Source: Octopus vulgaris (lineage: Eukaryota). From it: 64,000 bases of DNA. A model generated the notes under the pieces. The model saw only the letters and a list, made by a program, of their open reading frames with translations. It did no database searches and was not told the origin of the DNA. Numbering within the stretch: position 1 is the first letter of the stretch; the number at the start of each line of letters is the position of its first letter. The translations under genes and the position numbers were made by a program. Shown here in pieces: positions 53,028-64,000 of this stretch. Where the stretch lies: the NCBI GenBank assembly GCA_951406725.2, contig OX597829.1, positions 51,088,001-51,152,000 of the forward strand. Reading direction: 5' to 3'.

Positions 53028-53847
53028 TCATCCTCATAACTTTTTTAAAATTTGGAATTTTCAGAAAATTTTTTGCAAATTTGTACTCTACACATGGGAA
53101 TTCATATGATTATGCAAGTGGCAACATGTAGAATATATTTGTTAACACATGTACTTTCTTGCTGACAAAAGAATTCTCATGTTTGGCTTGTTACTATGGA
53201 AACAGGCATGAATGTTTCTGTGGCTTATGATTGGCTAAAATTACCCAAAATTTTCAAACTTTAATAGCTAATAACTTTCTATTTATTGATTTATATCGAA
53301 AATAATTCATTACACTGAATATGAAACCAATTCAGACAGAAGTTGATGCTGGCAACGAAACCAACTAGGTCCATTTTTGGAAATAGTGTTCTGAATATGA
53401 AATAGTGTTTTTAATGCATTTAGAGAAGGTCCTTTCCTTAGCTGATATAGTTTTTGTAAGGTACTCTTTTACTCTTTTACTCTTTTACTTGTTTCAGCCA
53501 TCCGGCTGAGGCCATGCTGGGGCACCGCCCTTGGAAGGTAGTGAACATTTGTTAAAAAAAATTTTTTCTCAAGGTTAAAAATGCAGTAAATCTTACACAT
53601 TGTATCCCACCCCCTATATGTGTATGTGTGTAACATATTTATATATACATTGTGTGTGTGTGTGTATTTATATATATATATATATATTAGTACAGTTCCA
53701 AAGTGGTGAATTGGTGGAATCTTTAAAGCGTGGTATAAAATAACTGTGTATTATGATCCTTTGGGTTCAAATTCCTCTGGGGTCCTTCCAGGATCAATGG
53801 AAAACGGACGTTAAATGATGATGATGATGATTATATATATATATATA

Positions 53848-54010
53848 TATAAAATATTATTAGAGACAAAACCACTATTTTGCAAAACAAACAAGGAAAG
53901 ACTTAATCAATACATAAAATTTTAATAAATAGTTAAAATTTTATGTATTGATTAAGTCTTTCCTTGTTTGTTTTGCAAAATAGTGGTTTTGTCTCTAATA
54001 ATATTTTATA
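53848..54010. repeat. Perfect inverted repeat, 78-bp arms, 7-nt loop
   Basis: 53848-53925 is the reverse complement of 53933-54010; element lies between (TA)n tracts. Confidence 0.9.
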
Positions 54011-54090
54011 ATATTTTACTATAAAATTGGATTTAATCCTAAATCTGATTTTTTTTCCCTGTAAAGTTGGATTTATTCCCTAATATTTAT

Positions 54091-54138
<48 letters not shown>

Positions 54139-54882
54139 GCATATATCTAACTTGAAATTTAGAATTTAGCATATGTACTGTATTTTGGGTATGTCCCTAG
54201 TAGTGTGCCAGCAAAGTATGTTCACCTCTTATGGCGACTTGGCATCATCCAGAGTAAATGTACATTTGTCACTGGCTCTACATTATGAATTCCTCAGTGC
54301 ATCTTAGATATAGTAGAAATACTGGAAACTTTATTTATCACAACAATCATTTTGGCACATTCTGCTACCACTCCCTAGTGGGCCGGGAACAATATAACAT
54401 ATTCCAATGCATCCGACATTGCAGAAGTGCCCCCCACCCCGGTCCAGCAAACCCTACCTCATTCAGTAGTCATTCTTCATTCATTATTAATGTATTTAAG
54501 ACGTGACTGCTACCAGCTATGAGTGGAATGTCATTTATGTTAACTTAAAACCGTGTTGTGTCACCTGAAGAGGCACCTCTGCACTGTGGGATGCATTGCA
54601 ATTCATATTATTATTCCCCAGCCACTAAGGAACACTGCAGAATGTGTCAAAGTGATCACTGTGATACAAAAAAAAGGTTCCAGTATGCTCAGTTTACCAA
54701 AAATTCATAACTTCATTCAGTCATACCGTGTCACAGGTTTGGTCGATTATACATTAACAGGTAATTTAATTTAATTGCAGATGCAGTAGATAAATAAATT
54801 ATGGATATCCTTAAGCATCATAAACATATATGAATATTAAAACAGCTTGTGCAGTCTTTTTGGCAGTGTTATGTTTTGGTTA

Positions 54883-55268
54883 AGGCAGCAAGCTGGCAGA
54901 ACTGTTAGCATGTCAGGTGAAATGCTTTGCGGTATTTCATCTGCCGTTACGTTCTGAGTTCAAATCCCACCGAAGTCGACTTTGACTTTCATCCTTTCGG
55001 GGTCGATTAAATAAGTACTAGTTATGTACTGGGGTCGACGATATAATCGACTTAATCTGTGTGTTTGTCCTCTCTGTGTTTAGCCCCTTGTGGGTAGTAA
55101 AGAAATAGGTATTTCATCTGTCTTAATGTTCTGAGTTCAAATCTTGCCGAGGTTGACTTTGCCTTTCATCCTTTCAGGGTCAATAAATTAAGTAACAGTT
55201 GCATACTCGGGTAATTCGAATTGACTGCCCCCCTCCCCAAAAATTTCAGGCCTTGTGCCTAGAGTAGG
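54883..55268 (+). mobile_element. Dimeric Meta-domain-like SINE
   Basis: Monomer 1 ends GCCCCTTGTGGGTAGTAAAGAAAT; monomer 2 restarts at GGTATTTCATCTG and ends CAGGCCTTGTGCCT. Confidence 0.8.
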
Positions 55269-55431
55269 GGGGTGGTGTTATATTTTGGTCGTATTTTGAC
55301 ACTTGTGTAGTGTCAGTATGAATGTTTAGTGATACAATATATTTTCCAAGTTATATTTTGACTGTGTCCTTATGATTATTTAATCAATATCTGTGACATT
55401 GTTTTGTTTTTGTTTATATATAGGTGCAGGT

Positions 55432-55765
55432 GAAGGCGCATGGCTGAATGATTAGTGTCAGGCTCACAATCAAGAAGTAGTGAGTTTGATTCCTGGACTG
55501 GGCTGTGTGTTGTGTTCTTGAGCAAGACACTTTATTTCACGTTGCTCCTGTTAACTCAGCTGTAGAAATGAGTTGCGACATCACTGGTGCCAAGCTGTAC
55601 CGGTCTTTGCCTTTCCCTTGGATAGCACTAGTGGTGTGGCGAGGGGAGGCTGGTATGCATGGTCGACAGCTGGTCTTCCATGAAAACAACCTTGCTCAGA
55701 CTTTGGATGGGAACTTACTAGATGCAGTCCCATGGTCATTTATGACTAAAGGGGATCTTTATTCT
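55432..55765 (+). mobile_element. tRNA-derived SINE with V/CORE-like domain, near full length
   Basis: GAAGGCGCATGGCT head and GTGTTGTGTTCTTGAGCAAGACACTT; direct repeat TATAGGTGCAGGTG at both ends shows insertion into the head of another SINE. Confidence 0.75.
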
Positions 55766-56184
55766 CTATAGGTGCAGGTGTAGCCATATGATAAGAAGCA
55801 TTCCTCCCAACCACATGGTTCCAGGTTCAGTTCTACTGCATTTTTCCTTGGGCAAGTGAGTGGATTTGGTTGACCGAACCTGAAAGAAGCCTGTCTTTAT
55901 ATATATATATATATATATAAAGTAGTTAAGTCTCGTAGAGTGACCAATGGTTTTACATCCACAAAAGGCTTAGCCCCATGAATGTCTTGTAAGATTCTAT
56001 TTACCTCTAGGAGGCAGGAATCAATTATAGTGATTTGGTCAGTAAATCACCAAAGAATAAATAATCCAGGGTCAATGAGGACAGGTTGTCTCTCTTAGAC
56101 CAGCACATGTGACCCAAAAGAGGGGCAATGGGATTGTTTTCCTTAGGCTGCTTTTAAATCATAAGGATCCTTCCTAGTCTAAGC

Positions 56185-56495
56185 AGAGAACAGGGAATCC
56201 GATGCTTGAAGCAGGTAGTGTTTGAAATGAATGCAAGGGCTGTAAATTTCCTGGCAAGTGTTCAGTGATCCAGGTTTCAGGGAGTCTTTGAGTATCCTTG
56301 CTTGCTCAATTATACAAAGCTTGCAGTATTCATTCCTGTTAATGTAGGATCCTAGCCACTCTAAAGATCCTCCATTTAATATCGTGTGCGGTCCCTTCAT
56401 CTTTGAGGTTCCACACATTGCTGGCCAGAGTGGCACCTCAAATTATGTTCACCAACAAATGGTCCCTTGTGACACTTTCTGTTCAGGTGCGATTT
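56185..56495 (-). pseudogene. Penelope-like element GIY-YIG endonuclease C-terminal fragment
   Basis: With one frameshift: ATLASNVWNLKDEGTAHDIKWRIFRVAR/SYINRNEYCKLCIIEQARIL..LNTCQEIYSPCIH, matching TxLSxxxWxLK..W.I..Y..CxLCxxEK..LNxRxE..CxH. Confidence 0.8.
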
Positions 56496-57146
56496 AGCTG
56501 CAGGTTTGGTTTTGTGGTAAGAAGCTTGCTTCCAACTTTGTGGTCTTGGGTTCAGTCCTATAATATGGCACCTTGGATAATTGTCTTCTATTATAGCCCC
56601 AGGCCAACCAAAGATTTGTGAGTGGATTTGGTAGATGGAAACTGAAAGAATCTTGTTGTGTGTGTGTGAGTCTTTGTGTTTATATTTAGTCCCCACCACC
56701 ACCACTTGACATCTGGTGTTGGTTTATTTACATTCCATAACTTAGCAGTTCAGCAAAAAAAAGTAAATTTAAAAAAAGACGGCTAGAATTTCTACTAAGC
56801 TTTAAAAAAAAAAAGTGCTGTGGTCAGTTATTTTGACTAAACCCTTGAGAGTTGTGCCCTAGCATGGCCATGGTCCAAAAACTAAAACAACTAAAAGAAG
56901 ATAGACCCCATTGTCAACATTACTTCTGTTTAATTCCATATTGCTTTTAGGTGATTTTTATTTATTTATTTATTTATATATATTTGCTCCCATCCCCTTT
57001 TTGTATATCTATTCTAAGGTTTGTTTTTCTCCTCCTGTTTGGGTGAGATGATTTGATTGCTGGAAAAAATTGTTTTTGCAGCTGGTTGTCTTTCTACTTG
57101 TTAACTATTCATCTGTGAAGTTAAGGAGTGGAACTTGTTTTAAGTA

Positions 57147-57147
57147 G

Positions 57148-57241
<94 letters not shown>

Positions 57242-57260
57242 TTCTCTCTCTCTCTCTTTC
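57147..57260. repeat. (CT)n microsatellite
   Basis: Long TC dinucleotide run. Confidence 0.95.
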
Positions 57261-58936
57261 ACACACACAGGAACAGGAACACTTGGAGGAGCAAACAGTT
57301 TACTGAAAAGTATGTATCCCAATGGTTGTACAAAGAATAATATGTAAATTTAGGGCCAAGTCTAGCACCTCACACACTCTCACAGTCTATTACTAAGAAC
57401 TTTTTCCTGAATATGGCGTTAGTCTATCTTTGAGCAAATATTTATCTTAGATAGTAATAAATTTATACATACATTGATCAAACTGATATTGTCATAATTT
57501 TGTGTTTATCAAGAGGCTGAAAATATATTTAATGCTTTATTCAAGCCTACAAGAGAAAGAAGGCAATGGCTAGAATAGATTTATATTCTTGTTGTCAGTA
57601 TGCATAGGATAATTCTGGCCATGTTTCAAATTTAGTGAGAATCCTCAGCAAATGTACAGCGTAACTGTAATGATTATTATTATTATTATTGAGCGAGAGA
57701 GTGGTGCATGCCATCAAAGTGACACTAGGGTAAAATTTACAAAGCCCAGTATACCCATCTGATAAGGGTACCTCAGACACATGCAACACAGCCTTATGTG
57801 GATGATCTTATATCAAGACTAACAGCACATGACCTTGCAGGTGGGGCCCAGTTAGAATTTTCTTCAGGTCATGTAGCCCATCCCACTCAAATGGTCCTTG
57901 AATATGGGTTGTTTAAGGATGTTGAATGAAACACCCATGTTTCCAGAGGTGAATTATTCAAACCCCAAAGCATTCTTATTAACACATGGCTACGATGCTC
58001 CCCCATTACTTCTGCTCGTGATCAGAGATGCACATATCGTCAGCCACTAAGGGACATGCTCAACTGGTAAAGGTCAAACAACTGACAAGCAAATCTGTGG
58101 TATTGAGCAGAATATTTGTTGTAGCATCATCATCGTCATCATCATCGTTTAGCGTCCGCTTTCCATGCTGGCAAAGGTTGGACGGTGCAACTGGGGTCTG
58201 GGAAGCCAGAAGGCTGCACCAGGCCCAGTCTGATCTGGCAATGTTTCTACGGCTGGATGCCCTTCCTAACGCCAACCACTCCATGAGTGTAGTGGGTGCT
58301 TTTTACATATTTAATTATTATTATCATTAAGGTGGCAAACTGGCAGAATCGTTATTATTGTTATTATTAGTTAGTTAGTGAGGAAGAGGTGCCGACAAGG
58401 CTGTGTGGTAAGAAGTTTACTTCCCAACCACATGGTTCCAGGTTCAGTTCTAGTGATTGGCACCTTAGCAAGTGTGTTCTACTGTAGTCAATCAAAACAT
58501 TGTGAGTGAATTTGGTTGCGAGAAACTGAAAGAAGACTATCGTGTGTTTGTGTGTGTGTGCATGTGTTTGCATGTGTGTGTGTGCATGTGTTTGCCTTGA
58601 CATCATGTGTTAGTTGCAAGCAAGTGTCACCATTTCTATGAAAATGTGTCTGGCCATGGAGAAATATTACCTTACTTGGAAATAGGTGAATGTTGGTAAC
58701 ATGAAGGGTACCTGGTTGTGGAAAATCAACAAATTCCATCCAACTCATGCAGGCATGGAAAAGTGGACATAAAAACATTGATGATAAGGATGAGTCAAGA
58801 AGAGGAAGAATGTCGCTCATCTTTTGAGACTTGTAGGGGGAATTTATCCTCATACCAGGCACTTCTTCTGATTACTTGTGACAGTGCTAATGAGCACCAA
58901 AGAGCCTGGTGGGGAATTTAAAATTGGGCAACAGAT

Positions 58937-59161
58937 TAACCGTTTTGTTACCATATTTCTGTTGAGATGCTTTATGTTTCTTTCAATTACTTTAAATTTA
59001 ACAAAGAATTTGGTAAAATAATTTAGTTATTCAGCTAGTTTTAGGAACATAAATTGTGACTAAGGTTTGGTGGAAGATTTTAATTCAAAACTAATGAAAA
59101 CAAAACATTTGTACTACAGAGCCAGAGGCAATTTCAGGCAGGTTGGTCACGAAAGGGTTAA
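58937..59161. mobile_element. piggyBac-like MITE monomer
   Basis: TTAA-CCGTTTTGTTACC...CGAAAGGG-TTAA. Confidence 0.8.
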
Positions 59162-60596
59162 TCTGCCTCTGAAGATTACTTACTTGTACTCTTGGTGGCA
59201 TTTACTCTGGGTGGGTTGAGCCAGCTCCAACTAACAAGTTCACCACATCCCTCACAAATGCTGACCACATCCTTCGTCGTCATTCACTATTGAAGAGTAG
59301 AGTTCATATCTGGAATTTCAATGGGAATACCAGTTCACTTGTGGTTCCTGGTCACATGCATACACACTTTGGCATAGTATTTTTTTCTTTCATGTCTGGT
59401 ACTTATACAGTGGGTCTCCTTTGCTAACAAAAGCTTTGTGAGTGGAACTGGTAAATGGAAACTGAAAGAAGCTCATCATATCAATGTATGTGTATATGTG
59501 TCCTTTTATCTTGCTAGATATCACATGATAGTTGTAATAAGCATCAACATCATAGGAGCAATGTTTTTCCTTTCCAATCTCTCATGAAAAAAACGTCTGG
59601 CCATGGGGAAATATTAATTTGCCTGGAAACTGGTGAGGGTTGATGACAGGAAGAGCATCCAGCTATAGAAAATTTTCCTTCCTCAATAAATTCCATGGAA
59701 AAGTGAGGTTAAATGATGATGATGATGATGATGACTCACAAGCAGTACAAAAGACTGTGATTGCTAGGTCAGCTTCTTAAGAATCTGTCAAAACATTCTC
59801 AAAATAACTTTGGGTTTATTGTAATGTCACCCCTTTTAGATTTTCTATTATTATTATCTTCTACAATATTTTGTGATCTTTGTTTTTTTTGTTTTTTTCT
59901 GATGTTGTGGAAGTTAGGAGATTTTTGAATGGATTGAACAGCCAACCAAGTAGGGATTACTGTTTGCAAGGAGGAGAAAACAAATAAACCTGGACTTTTA
60001 ATTCTCATTGAGGCATTCAGAGTTAAATCCTTGACTGACTTCCCACCCACAAGCTTTTTTTTCTCCTTTTCTTTTCTTGCCTTTTTTTTTTTTTTTTTCA
60101 TGGGTGGCAGGTTAAAAGTTATGGCTGTTCTTAGTTTTATTTGAATTTCTTCGGTACATTGCTCATCAATAAGTTGCAAACAATAACTACAATATTCTTT
60201 ATAACAGCAAGTATGAACAAGAGTGTCTGAACTTAAACTGGATTTGGTTGAAATATTCTGAAGGAATAATTTTGTGTGCTTATATATGTAAAACCATCAT
60301 CATCATTTAACATCTGTTTTCAATGCTGGCATGGGTCGGACAGTTTGTCCGGAACCAGGCAGTAGTCTACACGAGACTTCAGAGTCTGTTTTGGCATGAT
60401 TTTTAATGCTGGATGCCCTTCCTAACACCAACCACTCTGCAGGGTGGACTAAGTGGTTTTTACATGGCACCATCACAGGCAAGGTCAGTTTTGGCATGGG
60501 TATTACAGCTGGATGACCTTCCAAATGCCAATCACTTTACAGTGTGAACTGGATGCTCCTTAAGTGGCATCTTATATATATATATATATATATATC

Positions 60597-60803
60597 AATT
60601 CTATAATTATAAGCATATTTATAATTAGGCTTCAGTAAAAATTGCTTCACCACATACCGAAATTTAGAAATAGCAGTTAAATACTATTCCACTACCATAA
60701 GATGGTAGTGGAATAGTATTTAACTGCTATTTCTAAATTTCTGTATGTGGTGAAACAATTTTTGTTGAACCCTAATTATAATTATGCTTATAATTATAGA
60801 ATT
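60597..60803. repeat. Inverted repeat, ~102-bp arms, 3-nt loop
   Basis: Inner 40 bp are perfect (..TTCCACTACCAT aag ATGGTAGTGGAA..); outer part has a few mismatches; lies between (TA)n tracts. Confidence 0.9.
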
Positions 60804-60906
60804 TTTGTATAAGGTTACCAATAATGGTTCTTTTAACATACTGAACTGCTTGGTAAAATTATTAATTATTAATTGATTAATTAATTTAACCCTTTATTAT
60901 TAGTGG

Positions 60907-60944
<38 letters not shown>

Positions 60945-61132
60945 AAATCAAATATTGAAAATAACAAAACAATAAGAGGACATGCACATGGAATGTATTT
61001 GGTGCTCAGGAAAGGTGGAAAAAAGAGAGGGGTTTTGATATTATGAACATAACTCTTCATCAGGAAAAAAAAAGGGGGAAAATCCAGAGAAGGGAAACTA
61101 AACTTGTATATAGAAGCATATACACATCTATT

Positions 61133-61500
61133 TATTACCTCTGCCTTGGCAAAAGCAGAGGTATTGTTTTCAGTTGAGTTTGTTTGTTTGTCCTTGGACA
61201 AGATATCTCAAGAACCGCTGGATGGATTTGGATGAAACTTTCGGGGATGTTTGGCCTCATGGCTGGCACAAACTGATTAGATTTTGGAATCGATCCAGTA
61301 CCAGACAAGGATTCTGGATTATTTTGCCTACTTTTTTACTTAATTTTTGAAAGTGGCTGAGTTCATTTTTAGTATTCTTGTTTGTGAGAGCAGTCAAGTT
61401 TATTTCAGATATTCTCATTTCAAAAATCATTTCTGGCTAATCATTGAGAGGACGTTGGCGTTGCCTTGGTGGAGGTTTGTGCTCTGTGAGTGCTCTTGTT
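61133..61500 (+). mobile_element. Helentron-associated non-autonomous element (HINE/DINE-like)
   Basis: TTATTACCTCTGCCTTGG..GCAGAGGTATTGTTTTC, (GTTT)n, GATGGATTTGGATGAAACTT, 3' CCTTGGTGGAGGT then hairpin GTGCTCTGTGAGTGCTC-TTGTT. Confidence 0.7.
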
Positions 61501-61921
61501 TATATGTTTTGTGTGTGTCTGTTGAAGTGTTAAGAATTTATAAACTTTCAAGAGAATGTGAAATAATCCTTTTTAGGAACATTGGCTCTCAAGACACATT
61601 ATATGCACCTGTAAATAATAGCATGTACATATTGGTTGAAAGCCTTTTTGGGTAGAAAAAGTTGTCAGACAGCTTTTGACACTTTCTATCTCAAAGGGTT
61701 TCTCAACTCAACATTTATATGCTATTATTTATAGCATTTATGTAATGTGATCTGACAGCCTATATATATATATTATCAAGGGTATGAGAGGTATTGGTGT
61801 CAAGAAGACCCAAAGGTGTCAGGTAATGCTGAGTAAGTGCTATGGACAGACTATAGTTAAGCTCCAGGCTTGATAATGATACGAATGAGGAGTCCGTGTG
61901 TTGTATATTAGCATGTGTATA

Positions 61922-61959
<38 letters not shown>

Positions 61960-62025
61960 AAATCAACAGAATGAGATAAAAAATCCAAGGCTGTGAATAG
62001 TTTTCAGAGCATTTATAAAGGGAAG

Positions 62026-62073
62026 GTCTTACAGCTGTTTCCAGGATATTATATATATCCCTTCATCAGAGAC
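62026..62073 (-). ncRNA. Type-I hammerhead-like motif, canonical core, in Penelope-like fragment (~61775-62260)
   Basis: Reverse complement GTCT-CTGATGA-AG-GGATAT atata ATATCC-TG-GAA-ACAGCTGT-A-AGAC. Confidence 0.75.
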
Positions 62074-62281
62074 AGTGCGAGAAAATAGTTATTATAGAGA
62101 AGATATGAAATACAGAGTAAAGTCCATTCTAAAGCATTAGAGCAGTAATATAAAGGAAGTTAAAAGCTATGGCCAGACATACAGTGACTATTGGTTTTGC
62201 ACTTATAAAGCGCTTAGCAGCATAGGCAACTAATCAGACTCAAATGTTTGAAGGTGTATTTATACACACACACACACATTC

Positions 62282-62645
62282 TTTTATTATTTCATTTGTT
62301 TCAGTCATTTGACTGCAGCCATGCTGGAGCACTGCCTTTAGTCAAACAAATCAACCCACAGGACTAATTCTTTGTAAGCGTAGCATGCTTATTCTATCAG
62401 TTTCTTTTTGCTGAACCACTAAGTTATTGGTTGTCAAACGATGGTGTGGGGCACAAACACAGACACACAAATACACACACACATATATGGCAGGCTTCTC
62501 TCAGTTTCCATCTACCAAATCCCCCTCACAAGCTTTTGGTTGGCCCAAGGCTATAGAAGACTCTTGCCTAAGGTGCCACACAGTGAGACTGAACCCAGAA
62601 CCATGTGGTTGGGAAGCAAGCTACTTACCATACTGCCACTCCTGC
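62282..62645 (-). mobile_element. tRNA-derived CORE-like SINE
   Basis: Family match, moderately diverged. Confidence 0.8.
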
Positions 62646-63203
62646 ATGTATATATATATATATACATATATTCACAATGAGGATATTTATAGTAAACATA
62701 TCTGTATATTCTGTGTATTTCCAAAGTATCCTAATCTAATCCTTGTATTATCCTCTGCACATCATCATCATCATCATCATCATTTAGCGTCCGTTTTCCA
62801 TCTGATGATTTTCCATACAAGGCATTTAAAATGCAAAATTATATATTTATATATGTTTTGTAGTTTTAATTTTGTTTGTGAAATGAAACAATTGTTGGTG
62901 AATATTTTGGTTAATTAATAAATTAGTTTGTATCCATTAGATTTCTCTGTTTTCTAACTCAATAAAAATGTTTGATAATTTTACAATATATATATATATA
63001 TCATATACCAGCTTTCCCCATTAAAATATACACTGTTCTACATCTTAGTGTGCTTCTTCTCCAGATTTATGCTTTCTACAAATGATACATGTGTGTGTGT
63101 GTGTGTGTGTGTGTGGAGAGAGATAGGGAGGGAGAGAGAGAGAGAGAAATAAATTCATATATGAATGCATGTATACATGCATATAAGTATCTATCTATCT
63201 GCA

Positions 63204-63244
<41 letters not shown>

Positions 63245-63294
63245 GTACATACACTCTCACAGATATACATGCATATGCACACACATGCATAAGT

Positions 63295-63558
63295 TTAGTG
63301 TGATATCTTTAAATTCTAGGTTTTGTTCCCATTCTTGGAATTTCTTCTCTAACGCTTCCTCAGGCTCTGCTACAAGAGCAAAGTTATCAGCATTTAGAAA
63401 TTCTTATGGACAATTGGTCTTAAATTCCTCCGTTGTAGCTTCAAGCTGTGTTTCAGTTTACTGAGAATCAAGCCTTGATGAACACCAATCTGCATACTAA
63501 ATTCTTCACTGAATTCATTGTGAATTCTCATTTTGCTGACTTCATCCTTGTACATGAC
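63295..63558 (-). pseudogene. RTE LINE reverse-transcriptase fragment
   Basis: VMYKDEVSKMRIHNEFSEEFSMQIGVHQGLILS...EEFKTNCP*EFLNADNFALVAE..LEKKFQEWEQNLE (decayed YADD region). Confidence 0.85.
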
Positions 63559-64000
63559 TTACACTATTCTAAAATCCCATTCGCCTACGCCTAATTTTGT
63601 TAATGACCTCCAGCCTCATAGGTCATAGTCAAATACAGGTATATCAAATACCATGAAACATAAATTGTAGATTTATAAAAATTATAAATTCCTCAAGAGA
63701 ATAACTCATAATTAACAAGTGACAATTAAGAACAGCTTCATATGACAAGGAGAGACAATCTCAAGAATCAAAACTTCTCCATGTTTGACATGCCATTAAG
63801 GAAAAGGAAAAGTATAAGCTTATTGTCTGGAGATAAGAGGACAGTCAGTGACATGTTTCTGCCTCAATAACCGTCATCAGTACAACATAAAATTAGCTAT
63901 GATGCCCTGTCAAATTTATTGTTTTCTGATTCCCTTTGAGCTAAGTACACTTGTCATCACGTTTCTCTCTTAGTCATGTAATATAATTCTTTGCTACCCA

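Overview
AT-rich, repeat-saturated eukaryotic DNA, probably intronic or intergenic. The repeat families and the dense (TA)n/(CA)n/(GAT)n microsatellites point to an Octopus-type cephalopod genome (inference). I found no convincing host protein-coding exon; almost all listed ORFs are microsatellite or SINE read-throughs. The recognisable protein fragments all come from transposons: RTE, CR1-like, Tx1-like and R4/Dong LINEs, a Penelope-like GIY-YIG tail, mariner, hAT and Merlin. The most interesting signal is about ten minimal type-I hammerhead-ribozyme-like motifs in short Penelope-like fragments, mostly next to (TA)n tracts. They include C3-G8, U3-A8 and G3-C8 core variants and a U6 family, and nearly all have a palindromic stem III. 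Also notable: three LINE/SINE shared 3' tails in one window, a piggyBac-like MITE found as a fixed-spacer dimer or array, long fold-back hairpins, and an apparently CpG-retaining domain at about 44-51.7 kb. Coordinates of degenerate repeats are approximate, and all structures were folded by eye.
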